NCBI RefSeq assembly: GCF_009914755.1
Contig: NC_060926.1
Length of the DNA stretch: 64,000 bases
Direction: 5' to 3' (one strand)
Source: the human T2T-CHM13v2.0 reference genome, Homo sapiens
Part shown: piece by piece, positions 32,181-50,126 of the stretch
Position numbering within the stretch: position 1 is the stretch's first letter
How the letters are laid out: each line of letters starts with the position of its first letter
The notes under the pieces: generated by a model
Database searches by the model: none
What the model saw: only the letters and a program-made list of their open reading frames with translations
What the model was told of the DNA's origin: nothing
Program-made: the position numbers and the translations under genes

Positions 32181-32543
<363 letters not shown>

Positions 32544-32992
32544 TAAATTTGAAAAATTAAAAACCTTAAAAAATTCAGAAGTCCTCTTTGTCTTGCTCAA
32601 TCAGCTCTATTAAAAACTTCCTGCAAGCAGCAGGAATTCTACTGCATGGATGTTCACAGCACGAATCCCCACAAACAGGGCAGAACTTCTCAGGGTTGTA
32701 AAATGAAGCTGAAGCTGCTGCCAGCACTGCTCTTATCACAAGTGGCAGGCCCTATGCTGGACTGAGAATGAAAGCGTTGCTGCTTCCAGAACAGAAGACG
32801 AGCACAACATGGCTGTGCACGCTTCCATCCCTGCTGGAAACTTACGGCCTAGAAGACATAACCACTCACCCACATGTTGATGGTTAGTCTTAGGAGGGAT
32901 GGAGGGATTCCCTGTGGAGGCTTCTGTTTTAACAGCGACTTCCCAGCCTTCTACAGATTGAAGCCTGCCTTGCATGGGAACTGTCTCACCTA

Positions 32993-33385
<393 letters not shown>

Positions 33386-33429
33386 TCAAACCTTACCTCA
33401 CACATCCCCTGTTTTGGAAGTGGGTGTTT

Positions 33430-33815
33430 ACAGCCACGCTGCCAGTACAACAGCCACTGCCACATGTGGCTACTGAGACTGAGGAACTGAATTTTTAATT
33501 TTGTTAAATTTTAATTAATTTAGAAACTAAAGCAGAATAAAATATTTTTCTGCTAAGCACAACATTATTGTTTTGGTAGTGCTACATTTCACTTTAGCCA
33601 TTGAAAATTTAGCATCTTTGATTGAGATGTTCTCTAGGTATACAATATATATTTTGAAATATTTAGTATGAAAATCACCAATTTTTATATTGTTACATGT
33701 TAAAATAATCATATTTTGGATACACTAGTTTAAGTAAAATATATTGTTAAAATATTTATCTGTTCCTTTTCACTTTTTAAAGCAGCCACTAAAAAATTTA
33801 AAACTACATATGTGG
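33430..33815. mobile_element. MER33/Charlie1-type hAT element, left part (right end at 41223-41252)
   Basis: cagccactgccacatgtggctactgagactgaggaactgaatttttaatttt ... aaaatttaaaactacatatgtgg; continues as cttgtattatatttctgttgga at 41223. Confidence 0.75.
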
Positions 33816-34470
33816 ATGACATCAGGCAAGATGGTAGCGTGGGAAATATAGGACTCTGTCTCCCTATCTAGATAATTACACTGGCAGAATCTGTTTGATG
33901 TAACTATTCTGGAACTCTGGAGTCTATTCAAAGGCTTGCAGCTGCCAAAGGAAGGCTTAGACAGTAAATTGCAATTAATTTTGGTCAATTTCAGCTCTTT
34001 GCACGGTAGTGGCTAACCATCCCCTTTTCCCAGCTCCATGGCAGTCAGTCATGCACGTGTACTTGGTGCAGCTTGCACACAGCTTGTGGAATTTAGAGAA
34101 GGGAATTAGGACCTTGTCTTCCAGATATCAGGGATCTATGTTCTGAATGCTGCTTCTGATCATAGAGGTGCAGACACAGAGGCAGACTCCACTGTTGCAA
34201 CCTCACCATCTGAAGTAGGTTTCAGAATATTTAAAGATCCAGAGCCTGTTACCTCCCGCCCCCTTTGTTATTCCCTCTTTTCCCTTTTGGAAGCCACATC
34301 TGAATAATGGAACATCAAAAAGCAGCTGCATATATAGGGAATTCAGAAAGTCACTACATATGTCCAGGGAAAGATTTAGACTCAGAAAATACCCAAGAAG
34401 AGCTTAAATTTACATCTTGGGTGAATGCCTGGCACAAAGTCACCCGACTACAGTAAGAACAGCAACAACA

Positions 34471-34805
34471 GGCTGGGTGCAGTGGCTCACGCCTGTAATC
34501 CCAACACTTTGGGGGGCCAAGGTGGGTGGGTCATGAGGTCAGGAGTTAGAGACCAGCCTGGCCAATATGGTGAAACCCTGTCTCTACTAAAAATACAAAA
34601 AAATTAGCCAGGCATGGTGGTGCACACCTGTAGTCCCAGCTACTCAAGAGGCTGAGGCAGAAGAATCGCTTGAACCAACCCAGGAGGTGGAGGTTGCAGT
34701 GAGCTGAGATCGCGCCACTGCACTCCAGCCTGGTCAACAGAGCGAGACTCTGTCTCAAAAACAGAAAACAAAAACCAAAAAAACAAAACAAAAAAACCAA
34801 AAAAC
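34471..34805 (+). mobile_element. AluS
   Basis: Full dimer with (AAAAC)n tail. Confidence 0.93.
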
Positions 34806-35165
34806 AACAGCAGTAACAACCACAAACCCAGTAAACCACAAACCTTGGGGAAGAGGAGAATCTGATTTCCAGAACTGCCAAAATATAAAATTCAAATGTC
34901 CAGTTTTCAACAAAAAATTACAAGGCATACAAACAAACAGGAAAGTATAGCTAATTCAAAAGAAAAAATTAAATCACCAGACATAGTCTCTGAGAAAGAC
35001 CAAACAGTAGAAAACTTTTTCCTAGACAAAGACTTTAGGACAACTGTCTTAAAGATGTTCAAAGAGCTAAAGGAAGAGGTGGACAAAGTCAAGAAAATGA
35101 TGTATGAACAATATGGAATTATCAATAAAGAAACAGAAAACATAAAAAGGAACAAAAAAATGTTG

Positions 35166-35785
<620 letters not shown>

Positions 35786-36688
35786 TCATTAGAGGGATTC
35801 AAAAGCATATTTGAGCAGGCAGAAGAGAAAATCAGTGAATGTGAAGAAAGTACAATTGAAATTATCACCTGAGGAACAAGAAAGAAAAAATATTAAAGAA
35901 AAGTGAACAGAGCCTGTGGGATCTGTAAGACACCATAAAGCTGACAAACATATGCAGTATGGGAGTTACAGAAGAAGAAGAGAGAGACAAGTAGCAGAGA
36001 CATTATTTGAAAAAATAATGGCAAAAAAAAAAATCCCAAATTTAATGCAATTTAGTGTTTATATTCTTGGATGAATATAAACGCAAAGAAACCCACATTG
36101 AGACACATTCTAATAAACTGTCAAACACCAAACACAGAGGGAATCTTAAAATCAGCAAAACAGAAGTCATTCATCACATCAAAGGGTGCTCAAAAAAATT
36201 ATCAGCATATTTCTTATCAGAAGTCTTGGAGGCCAGAAGGCAGTAGGCTGATATATTCAAAGTGCTGCAAGAAATAAAATGGCTAACCAAGAATCCTATA
36301 TCTGGCAAAACTGTCCATCAAAAATGAGGGAGTGATTAAAATACTTTAAAATAAATAAAAGCTGAGAGAGCTTATTACCACTAGACTAACTCTGCAAGAA
36401 ATGCTAAAGGGAGTCCTATAAGTTGAAATGAAAGGATGAGACAGTAGATCAAAACCATATGAAGAAATATCTCCAGCAAAGATAAATACTTGGGAAATTA
36501 TAAAAGCTAGTATTATTGTAACCTTGGTTTGTAACTCCAGTTTTTGTTTTCACATGACTTAAGAGACTAATGCATTAAAAAAACAATTATTAGTCTATGT
36601 TTTTGCACACACACTACATAAAAATAGAATCTTGTAGCATTAATAACTTAAAGGGGTTGAGATGAAGCTGTATAGAAGTAGAGTTTCT

Positions 36689-37019
<331 letters not shown>

Positions 37020-37066
37020 TGAAGTTAAACTAGTATAAATCCTTCTCAAATTCTTCTAAGAACTGA

Positions 37067-37303
<237 letters not shown>

Positions 37304-38276
37304 AAGGAAACAATTTTTAACTCATTCTATGAAGCCAGCATTGCCCTAATACTAAAGCCAGACAAGGACACCACAAGAGAAGAAAAATACAAACCAGTAT
37401 CCCTTATGAACATGGATGCAAAAATGCTCAACAAAATACCAGCACACTGAATTCAGCAGCATATTAAAGGATTATGCACTATGACAAAGTTGTATTTATT
37501 CCTGGAATACAAGCATGATTCAACATATAAAAATGGATCATTGTAATACACCACATTAAAAGAATAAAGGACAGAAACCACATGATCATCTCATTTGCTG
37601 CAGAAAAAGAATCTGACAAAAAATTCAACACTCTTTTACAATAAGAACAATCAACAAACTAGGAATGGAAACTACCTCAACATAATAAAGGCAATATATT
37701 AAAAAAACATAATTAACATCATATTTAATGATTACAGACTAAAAGCCTTTCTTCTAAGATCAGGAACAAGACATGCCTGCTTTCACCATTTCCATTCAAC
37801 ACTAACAGAAGTTCTAGCCAGAGCAATTAGGCAAGAAAAAAAAAGAAAAGGCACTGAAATTGGAAAGGATGAAGTAAAATTATCTGTTTGCAGAGAACAT
37901 GATCTTAATATAGAAACCCCTAGAGATTCCACATTTTAAAAACTCTGTAAAAACTAATAAATGAATTTAGCAAAGATGCAGGATATAAAACATGCAAAAA
38001 TAAGTTTCATTTCTATACACTGAAAATGAACCAATTGAAAAGGAAATTTAAAAAACAATTCTATTTATACTAGCATCAAAAAGAATAAAATATGTAGGAA
38101 TTAACCATGAAAGGGAAAGACCTATAAACTAAAATCTACAAACATTGCTGAAAGAAATTATAGACGATATAAATAAATAAATGAAAACACATTCCATGTT
38201 CATGGATTGGAATAGTTAATATAGTAAATGTGTCAATACTACTCATAGTGATCTACAGATTCAATGCAATATTTAT

Positions 38277-38969
<693 letters not shown>

Positions 38970-40325
38970 CCTATCAAAATCTTACTGATATGTCTGTAGA
39001 AATAGAAAAGTCCATCCTAAAATTTATATGGAATCTCAAGGGACCCCAAATAGCCAAAACAATCTTGTAAAGAAATCAGAGGTCTCACATTTCCTGATCT
39101 CAAAATTTACTACAGAGTTACAGTAATCAAAACAGTGTGGTACTGGCATAAAGGCAGACATATAGACCAATGGAATAAAGTACAGAGCCCAGAAATAGAT
39201 CCACACTTACATGGTCAAATGATTTCCAACAAGGGTGCCAAGATCATTCAATGGGGAAAGGACAGTCTTTTCAACAAATGGTGCTGGGGAAACTGCACAT
39301 CTACATGTAAAAGAATGAAGTTGGACCTTAGCTAATACTAAATACAAAAATTAACATGAAATAGATCAAAGACTTAAATGTAGGAACTAAAACTATAAAA
39401 CTCTTAGAAGAAAACACAGGGGAAAGGCTTCAAGGCATTGGACTTGGCAATGACTTCCTAGATCTGACATCAAAGGCACAGGCAACAAAAGAAATAACAG
39501 ACAAATTGGGCTTCATAAAAAATTTAAAACTTTTGTGTAAAGTTCATTCAACTGAGTAAAACGACGATTCACAGAATAAGAGAGAAGATTTGCAAATCAC
39601 ATATCTGGTAAGTAATTAATGTCCAGAAGATACAAATAACTCCTAAAGCTCAACAATAAAAGCAAATAATTCAATTCAAAAATGGGCATAGGACTTGAAT
39701 AGATATTTCTCCAACAGTAATATACAAATGGCCAATAAGCATATGAAAAGATGCTCAACATCACTAATCATTAGGGAAAAGCAAATCAAGGCCACAATGA
39801 GATACTATTTCAAACCCATTAGGATGGCTACTATAAAACAAAACAAAATGAAAAGTGATGGTGAGGATGTGGAGAAATTGGAACCCTTGTGCATTGCTGG
39901 TGGGAATGTAAAATGTTGCAGCTGTAGAAAACAATGTAGCATTTCCTCAAAATATTAAACTAGAATTATTTGTTCCAGCAATTCCACTTTTGAGTACATA
40001 CCCCAAAGAATTGAAAACGGAGTTTCAAACAGACATGTGCATACTCATATTCATAGCAGCATTATTCACAACAACTGAAAGGTGGACATAACCCCAATGT
40101 CCACGGATGGATGAATGAATAAAAAAAATAGTAGATAACAATGAAATATTATTTGGCCTAAAATAGGAAGGAGATTCTGACACATGCTTCAACATGGATA
40201 AACCCTGAGGATATAATGATAAGTGAAATAGGCCAGACACAAAAGGACAAATATTGTATGATTGCACTTATATGAAGTGCCTAGATTATTAGTCAAATAC
40301 ATACTGACAGAAAGTAGAATGGTGG

Positions 40326-41036
40326 TGTTTTACACTATTCTTGCATTGCTATAAAGAAATACCTGAGACTGGGTAATTTATAAAGAAAAGAAGTTTATGG
40401 CTGGGTGTGGTGGCTCACACCTGTAATCCCAGCACTTTGGGAGGCTGAGGTCAGAAGTAAAAGACCAGCCTGGCCAACATGGCTAAACCCCGTCTCTACT
40501 AAAAGTACAAAAATTAGCCAGGCATGGTGGCAGGTGCCTGTAATCCCAGCTACTCAGGAGGCTGAGGCAGGAGAATCACTTGAACCCGGGAGGCGGAGGC
40601 TGCAGTGAGCGAGATTGCACCACTGCACTCCAGCCTGAGTGACAAGAGCGAGACTCCGTCTCAAAAAAAAAAAAAAAAAAAAAAAAGAGGTGTATTTGGC
40701 TCATGGTTCTGCAGTCTTTACAGGAAGCATGGTGCTGGCATCTGCTCAGCTTCTAGGGAGGCCTCAGGAAGCTTACAATCATGGCAGAAGTTGATGGGGG
40801 ATCAGGCACGTCACACGGTGAAAGGAGGAGCAAGAGAGAGAGAGAGAGTGGCGAGGGAGGTGCCCCACACATTTAAACAACCAGATCTGATAAGAACTCA
40901 CTATCATGAAGACAGCACCAAGCGATGAGGGATCCGCCCCCATGATCCAAACACCTCCCACCAGGCCCCCACCTCCAGATTGAGGATTACAATTCAACAT
41001 GAGATTTGGGTGGGGGCAAATAGCCAAACTATATTA
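40326..41036 (-). mobile_element. MST (MaLR) solo LTR containing a plus-strand Alu (40399-40686)
   Basis: ttgctataaagaaatacctgagactgggtaatt ... caaactatatta; 5-bp TSD ggtgg at 40321-40325 and 41037-41041. Confidence 0.85.
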
Positions 41037-42565
41037 GGTGGTTACCAAGAACTGGGGAAAGAGTTAGTGAGTGCAGAGTTTCAGTATGGGATAATAAAAA
41101 GTGCTAGAGATGCATGGTGATTGATGATGGTTACACAATAATGTGAATGTACTTAATACCAATTTAAGTACATTTAAAAACAATTAAAATGATAAATTTT
41201 ACCACAAAAATTACATATATGGCTTGTATTATATTTCTGTTGGATTGTACTGGTCTAGAAACACAACGTGTTTTATAGTTAATTGTGATTAGTGGTCATA
41301 ATTCACAAATACTTTAAAAAAAAAAAAAAAAGCAAAAACACCCTTGGCAGGATTTATTTGAACAAAATCAGGTGCCTGACCTCTACTTAACTACTAATAT
41401 GAAACCACACTGGCATATGGCACACTAAGGAAGGGAGTCATTTTTACTTACAAGCTGCAGCAGGCACAAGGAACCAAATGGGCCACAGAGATGCACATTA
41501 GGCTGGAGAAAGGGCAGGCATTGATGTCAGGGTGGCAGATGGTTTCTAAGGCCCATGGGGAGTTCAAGAACTAGTGGACACATGTCCAGGGTCCAGGGTT
41601 AGGGTAGTATTTGAGCAATGGTATTTCAATAGGGACTGATTTTGTCATCGTGCTATATGCACAAGATGGCATACAGTGATGCAACATGAAATACCTCTTC
41701 CTCAAACCTCAAGTTTTGCTAAAAGAAGAAATTTTTGGCCTCTCTCTACCCTCACTCCCTCCTCCCTAAAGGAAGCAGAGTGACTTATCCCATTGGCAAA
41801 TTTAGGAGAAGTCATGGAGGATGAAAACGCCTGCCCCCTTTCTCTCTGATCAGCCTGTCTACAGAACAGACTGCTTTTATGTGCTGAGGACAGAAGCCCT
41901 CAAGTTTGGCCTGGGGATCCTTCTCTCATTGTCCCCAAGATGAAGTCAAGTGACTGCAGGCCTGGGTTTTGGGGTAAGTTTGCTTGCCCTCCAGGATAGA
42001 TTAACTCTTACTTTCCTGCAGGGGGCCACCCCAGGGCCCCAGTTGAACACAGAGGCCCTAAGTATTAGAGAGCTTGACTGGTGCTGCAGATCCATGCATG
42101 ACTTAGAATTCTCTTTTATTAACCTCAAAACTGACATTGTCAATTCCATCTGTCTGATTTCTGCATCTCATTTCTCAACTGGTTCCCAGTTTGATGTGGG
42201 GAGAGAGGCATTAGAAATTATCCTTCCTAAACCTCCTAAGAGCAGTTTTCAAAACAGTAAGAACAAAAACAGCATAGCAATATTTCATGTATGGCTTTAA
42301 AAAATACCCATTTGATGAAAGCCAAGACATAAATTAAGTCACAGTTCTGTAAGAAAGTATTATGTAGAAGGCAGGTAAAACATTTCTGCAGGATCGCAAA
42401 GGCTCTAAGCTGAAGCACAGCAATCTGGGTTACACCAAGAAGACTGGGCTGTGTCTGTGGCATCTGTGTGTAAATGATGCATGCCAAGCACTTGCTAGAT
42501 TCAGGTAGCACAAGAGTGCTTTCTTTAACTCAATTTGGAGGCTAAAAGTTGAAATGATGTTGGGC

Positions 42566-43169
<604 letters not shown>

Positions 43170-44310
43170 TGGATGGGCTCTTTCTTAAACAGACTTTAGC
43201 TTCATATAGTTTAGGTGTTTGGCGGCTCTCCAATCTAATGATGACATCTAGTTGCAGGGAAGGCAGATGTGTTAGAGCAGAGAGACCATGAAATATAAAC
43301 ACTTTAGCAAATATGGAATAATTAACAATATTTTTAAGGTGTACCAGAGGCCAGTTTCCAGAAAATAGCTAGAAGCTACTGCTGGAAAGACCCTAGTCAA
43401 TGATTTGAGGGAGGTAAGAGAGAAACTGCTAGGGCAGAGAGGCAGGTAGTTGGAACACAGAATGTATTTTAATAACAGTGACATTTCTCAATGGTAATTA
43501 TGAACACAACCAGGGTGGCAAAAACACCCTTAACGATATAAAGCAACTGACAAACTTGAGATGGGATAAACCCTTTCTGGTAGTTGGATATTCAGATAGA
43601 TTAGTGCAGTGACTAGGAGCCCACAATTTTCCAGTTCAAAAGAACAAATGGTGGAATGAGAGACAGGCTAATAATATGCAACAGAAAATGAGACATTATT
43701 TTTACAATTTATTTTTGATGTTTGATATCCATGATTCTGTATCCTATGAGTAAACACAACCTATTTACTGTAAAGAGCTCAAGAGCATTGACTTTTTTGT
43801 CTGTCATATAATTTAAAATGCCTCATACTTTTATTTCTAAAGAAACTACATTTTAAATGTTTCACTCAAGAATCTGAAGAAGGGATTTGGTTTATTAGCA
43901 AGATGTATGGGCATAAAATCCTTTTCCCATCCAGTTAAGAAAATGTAGAGGGTATTCACTTGTCACAGGAAAATCTCCCCAAGAAATGTACGTTGGGCTG
44001 TAATTAACGCCAAGAGTGGGCGTCTTTAAAAATTCCATATGAATTATTCCTCCTGGCTCTGGGGCTACTAAAAGCAACTTTACTAGTCATCAGAATGTGT
44101 CTGGGATCAATGTCACCCAGTGACGGGAACAGGAAGGCAGGCCAGCCTGATGCTGGCTGTGCAAGGTTTGAGTGTGTGAGCCCACCATGCTCCGGAAGTC
44201 CTCCCCACCCTACCCCTACCCACAGGCATATTTTCATATGGTTCCCTATCGTAAGCGAGTTCCTTCGTCACCTACCACTTCCCAGCTCTGTTCCCTGGAC
44301 CCAGAGCCTT

Positions 44311-44437
44311 TTTTCTTTTTTGAGATGGGGCCTTGCTGTGTTACCCAGGCTGGTCATGAACCCCTGGGCTTAAGTGACCCTCCTACCTCAGCCTCCTGTG
44401 TAGCTAGGACTACAAGCAAGTGCCATCATACCTGGCC
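44311..44437 (-). mobile_element. Alu monomer (FRAM/FLAM-like)
   Basis: Single diverged arm with agagcc..tttt direct repeats. Confidence 0.75.
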
Positions 44438-45727
44438 AGAGCCCTTTTTTGTTGTTGTTTTCTTAGCCTAAACTGTATCTTGCAGCTTCTCTGAGTCTTT
44501 TCAGAGCCAGGCCTATCCTTTTACACTCATTGTACCCACCTGTGTTTTCACTCCATCTCCATCTCCTGAGTGGCAGCAGCTGTCTTCTTCCTGGGGCATC
44601 TGCACTTCCTTCTGCACTCAGGATCTGCCACTTGCTCTGACACTTTCTGTGTCCCTCTGTCATAACCTCCCATTTGCAATACATAGTGGGGAGCTTCTGT
44701 TTCAGATTGTGAGGAGGAAAGAACAGTCCTCAAGATGCCCTTTCGGTCTCGGTTATTAGATCAATCTCTATCTTTATTTTCTGTCTCAGAACCCTTCATC
44801 TCAATGTGCCCCACAAGTAATGCAGACCAAATTAGGGGAAGGCAGGACACAAAGCTCTGAGACATGTCAGGAAGGGATGGGGACGGGCCAGTCAGTGTCC
44901 TGTACAGCAAATGCTCAATGCTCCTTACGGCATTTTTAATTAGTCAGAATTCTGAAACCTGGTATAGACTGAGCCTATCTTCATGGATTGTTTCACCTCA
45001 AACCATCACACAGTTCTTACATCTGAGAACTTTCTCCTTAGAATTATCACCTTAGTGTGATCTGAAGAGCAAGTTCCCCTCAAATTTGACCTACTTAGAC
45101 CTCGCTTGCAAAACCCCATGCTGGAGGAAAGGCAGCGTGCCTGCTTCTTGGCTCTCAACCGTGACAAATCCTAGGTTACCTTGGAAATGAGGCAGAAAAC
45201 TGCAAAGAGCACCTGAGCAACTAAGCAGAAAGGAGGCCAAAGAAAGCCCAACTTCATTTATAAAATAACCAACATGACTTGATCTCATACAATGAAATAG
45301 AAACTGAGGAACAACTGTGGTTGTATAATCTTTGATTGTATAATCTTTCTAAAAACAAGTCCTTTATGTTGTAAAACACTAGCTATTAATTAACGTGGGA
45401 AAATGCTCAAACTAAAGAGGTATATGTCCTAATAGTATTTACAAACAGCTCCCTTTTGGGAATGTAATTCTTCCTCGGTCCTGTATTTTGTATAGTTCTG
45501 ACTCTTTGCCCTCATGATTCTGACATATTGCAGGACTAGGCCCTGGGTTTGTTTCATCGTCACTCTTATTTTATGTCAATTACATTTTAATGTTATTATT
45601 GTATATTTAAATGCATATAACCATCTGATTATGCCTTATTATAAAGTGTTTTGTCATCATCACTCTTTTTAAAATAAGTACCAGAAACATACCTTTAATA
45701 ACACAGGGTTTTAAAAACAGAAAATGA

Positions 45728-46077
<350 letters not shown>

Positions 46078-46819
46078 AACAGTAAGCCTAGTTTTATTCA
46101 TTTTTTAAAAAAAGATCTAAAAAATCAAGCTTAAGTGGCATTTTACATTTTATGTTTTCAGTTATTTAATAGTTTTAACAATTACTTTACACAGAACCCC
46201 CAAATTGTCCACAAACACCATAGGTACCTCATTTTGAAAAGGATATTTTTGATAAAGATGACTAGCTAAGAAATAAAGCAAGAAAAGCAACACCCAAAAT
46301 GTGTGCCCCTAGCTCATTCTGGAGGTATTTAGTGGACAGTCTCTCTTGAATCCTAAGCAGGCTGGTCATGCTTGGCCCAGAATTCCCAAATAATGATTTG
46401 CGTCTGAAATTTCCCATAAGGTTTTGCAATGTTCCACTCATACCTATGACAGTCCAGAACAATACTAATCCAGAAGCATTTTTAGGTAATTGAGAGTACA
46501 TTTTTTAAACACAATCTATGCACAATACAGTGATTAGGCATATTAGGGGTAAAGAGCTTTACAAAACATTGCTGAAACATAATTGCGAGTCTGAATCAAA
46601 TCAAAAAGACCACAGAAATATTCAGTATTGTATCTTAGTTTCTGTTAAGTACTTTCAAAATGTATTTAATACTAAAAGTAATTAGTAGAAGAGAATTTGA
46701 ATTCTTGATTTTTGTTCTGAAAATTTTTACTCTCGATATATTAAACAAACATGGAAAACTTCTGTATTAAAGTCTTCCACATGTAAACCATTTGTCATTC
46801 ATTCATATATTTTTCTACT

Positions 46820-46918
46820 TTACTTCTTTACCAAAAATCGTGTGATGTCTGATCCATGCTTTGATGCTAGAGATTGTCTTCTCACCTGGCTTCTTTCCTT
46901 AGCTTGTCTGGCAGTTCT
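46820..46918 (-). CDS. ZRANB3: ZRANB3 last coding exon (RTARQAKERS...DITRFLVKK*), includes APIM PCNA-binding motif
   Basis: Minus-strand ttttAG|AGA; TAA at 46822-46820; 99 nt; terminal RFLVKK; missed by the ORF track. Confidence 0.96.
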   Translation of the reverse strand, partial: RTARQAKERSQVRRQSLASKHGSDITRFLVKK

Positions 46919-47231
46919 CTAAAAGTTAAAAAATATGCATGTGTACACGTTAGGAAAAAAGCACCGGCTACAAAAGCTCAAAAACTCTTTATATTGTTAG
47001 TTTGGAAAATCTACAGTCACTACACCCATTTTCCAGTGGTTGGCTATGGAAGAGTTACCAAACCACAAGGCAGAGTATCTCAGCAGCTCTGAGATCCTGA
47101 GGTCCTAGGTTCATAGGACCAACATAGCAGGAGAAAACATACAACTTGGGGGATGTCTTGCTACCCAGCAACAGCATGAATTCCTCATTTGGAGACTAGG
47201 AAGGCCCTGATTCTCCCATCCAAGTGGGAGG

Positions 47232-47494
47232 TTTTTTTTTTTTTTTTTTTTGAGATGGAGTTTTGTTCTTTTGCCGAGGCTGAAGTGAAGTGATGTGATC
47301 TCGGCTCACTGCAACCTCCGCCCCACAGGTTCAAGCAATTCTCCAGCCTCAGCCTCCAGAGTAGCTGGAATTATAGGCACCTGCCACCACACCCAGCTAA
47401 TTTTTGTATTTTTAGTGGAGACGGGGTTTTGCCATGTTGGCCAGGCTGGTCTCGAACTCCTGACCTCAAGTGATCCATCCACCTCAGCCTCCCC
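47232..47494 (-). mobile_element. 5'-truncated AluS
   Basis: ccaagtgggag repeated on both flanks. Confidence 0.9.
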
Positions 47495-47848
47495 AAGTGG
47501 GAGTTCTTAAGGCAACTTGGGATTACCCAGCGAAGAAAATCTACCCACTTCCTATTCTCTGATCCCAGAGGCCATTTCCAACTCAACAGATGAGCTGGTG
47601 CAGAAAATAAAATGACATAGACCAGAACTGGATTCTTCTGCTAATCCCACAAATAACATTTTTCATGAGAATCTAAAAAAATAATTACAGAAAGGGCTGC
47701 ATTTTCTTTGGCTATTTCTTAATTCTCTTATAGGTCTTGAATTTGCTAATAACTTGCACATCTGAGAAATCAGATGACTTTTTTTTCCCAATTGAAGTCC
47801 ATGTGAGGTGTTCCAGGCGGAAACAGTAAGGACAGAAGAGAAGCTTAC

Positions 47849-48158
47849 GGTGGAGGGCGGTGGCTCACACCTGTAATCCCAACGCTTTGAAAGGCCAAGG
47901 CAGGTAGATCACCTGAGGTCAGGAGTTTGAGAGCAGCCTGGACAACATGGTGAAACCCCGTCTCTACTAAAAATACAAAAATCAGCCAGGTGTGGTGGCG
48001 GGTGCCTGTAATCCTAGCTACTCAGGAGGCTGAGGTAGGAGAATCAGCTTGAACCCGGGAGGCAGAGGTTGCAGTGAGCCGAGATCATGCTGAGATCACA
48101 CCATCACACTCCAGCCTGGGTGACAGAGCAAGACTCTGTCTCAAAAAAAAAAAAAAAA
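47849..48158 (+). mobile_element. AluS
   Basis: Dimer with A tail. Confidence 0.92.
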
Positions 48159-49309
48159 AGTAGTAAAGAGTTCATACTTTATAAACATTGGCAAAGGATC
48201 TGAAATAGTACTCAAAAGTTTAAATATAACTGATTAGCATCTTTTAAAAACATCGATGTCTTTAGCAAACAAAACAATTGCAGGCCATTCTCCCTGCACC
48301 ACATTGGCACCCACTGACCATACCCAGTGGCAGTTAAATGGGCTTCTGGGGCCATAAATGAGTAAAATTCTTTGGAAAACAGTTTGGTGATAAATTCCTA
48401 CATTGTCAAAAATATCCAAATACTTGTGACTCCGTGATTTTTACACATGAGAATCTACCTTAAGGAATGACCTCAAAATGTAGAAAACAGGTTTGTTTAC
48501 AAAAAATGTGCTTGGTGGCATGATATATAAAAGCAAAAAAATTTAGATAAATATTAATCAGTATGGGAATGGTTAAGTAAACTACAGTAGAGATCTGCTC
48601 AATAGAATACTGTATTATGCAGTCATTTTAGATGATATAAGTTATGAATGGTTAGAGTACATGAGAAATGCTTAGATCTTGCTGTAAGTGAAAAAAAGTT
48701 GAATACAAAGTTGCATATTGAATATTTCTATGATGATCTCAGCAGGTAAATCCCACTACCTTTTACTGGACTGCCTGTAAAAAATTCATCCTGGTAGATA
48801 AACAATAGTATGTGTTTTTTCCTCTCATTCTAAGCAACAGGTAACTAACTACCCAAAGATGGGGCAGAGTTAATTGGTTTCATACTTTGGCCAGCAATGA
48901 AACCTTTGCATGTTGAACTGAGTTGGTCCTAGAGATAACTTATCAATGTTTTCAGATATTTCAGGATATCCTTAGTTATATGCAAACATGTATCACTGCC
49001 CCAATTCACCAAACTTCCAGTTTGAGGATCCGGGTCTCATCAAGACAATATGTAAACTGTATTCATTTCTTTCTTGGTAGTGGTGCAAATGTCTTGGTCC
49101 TAGAATGAATGAAAAGGGAAGCAGCTTCTCTTGCATCTGTGACACGGGCCTTGAGAGGAAAGGCAAGTGTTGGGTGATGAAAGGAGTAAAATGTGCCTCG
49201 AATCTCAGACCAGAGATAAATTCATCCACATAATCTTCCACAACTGTGTGCACAATTTTCCATTTGACTTCTCAGGATGCAGTCAAAGCTATATGAGAGC
49301 TTCACTGAC

Positions 49310-49441
49310 CTCTTTGTGACAGACTGTGCAGAGAGTCTGCAGGTTGTCCAGGGAACACTGTCCTCCTCCCCCATACACTGGCTTGATGTGATCCACCTGC
49401 CAGAAATGTCCTTCCCCTGGGTTTCTTATCATTTCATTTAG
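49310..49441 (-). CDS. ZRANB3: ZRANB3 coding exon, HNH endonuclease core (LNEMIRNPGEGHFWQVDHIKPVYGGGGQCSLDNLQTLCTVCHKE)
   Basis: ttgcAG|CTA; GAG|GTcagt; 132 nt; DH..N..CxxCH HNH signature. Confidence 0.97.
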
Positions 49442-49815
49442 CTGCAATAAGAATACAAGATCAGCAATTTTCAACATATACTGCAAGAAGTGTTTGTTGG
49501 TTTTGCATTGTGCAATCATGTATGTTTATACAGGAAAATCATGGGGAAAAATACATCAGGAGAGCTTTTTATAGCTTTTATTGTGAGTAGAAAAAACCCT
49601 CTGTTAGAAGTTTGAAAGCAATAAGATGTGTTTCTGAAAGGTTTTTTTCTCCCTTAACCTAACTCATTTTGAAAAAATTACAAGAAAATATAAAATACCA
49701 AGACTCCTGACAGATTGGGAAAAACTGGTTTTTCTACACCTGTAAGTTAGTTTATATATTCACTAAACCAAATCTAAGAAAAGAATAAGAATAGATTAGA
49801 AATTTAAAACTTCTC

Positions 49816-50126
<311 letters not shown>
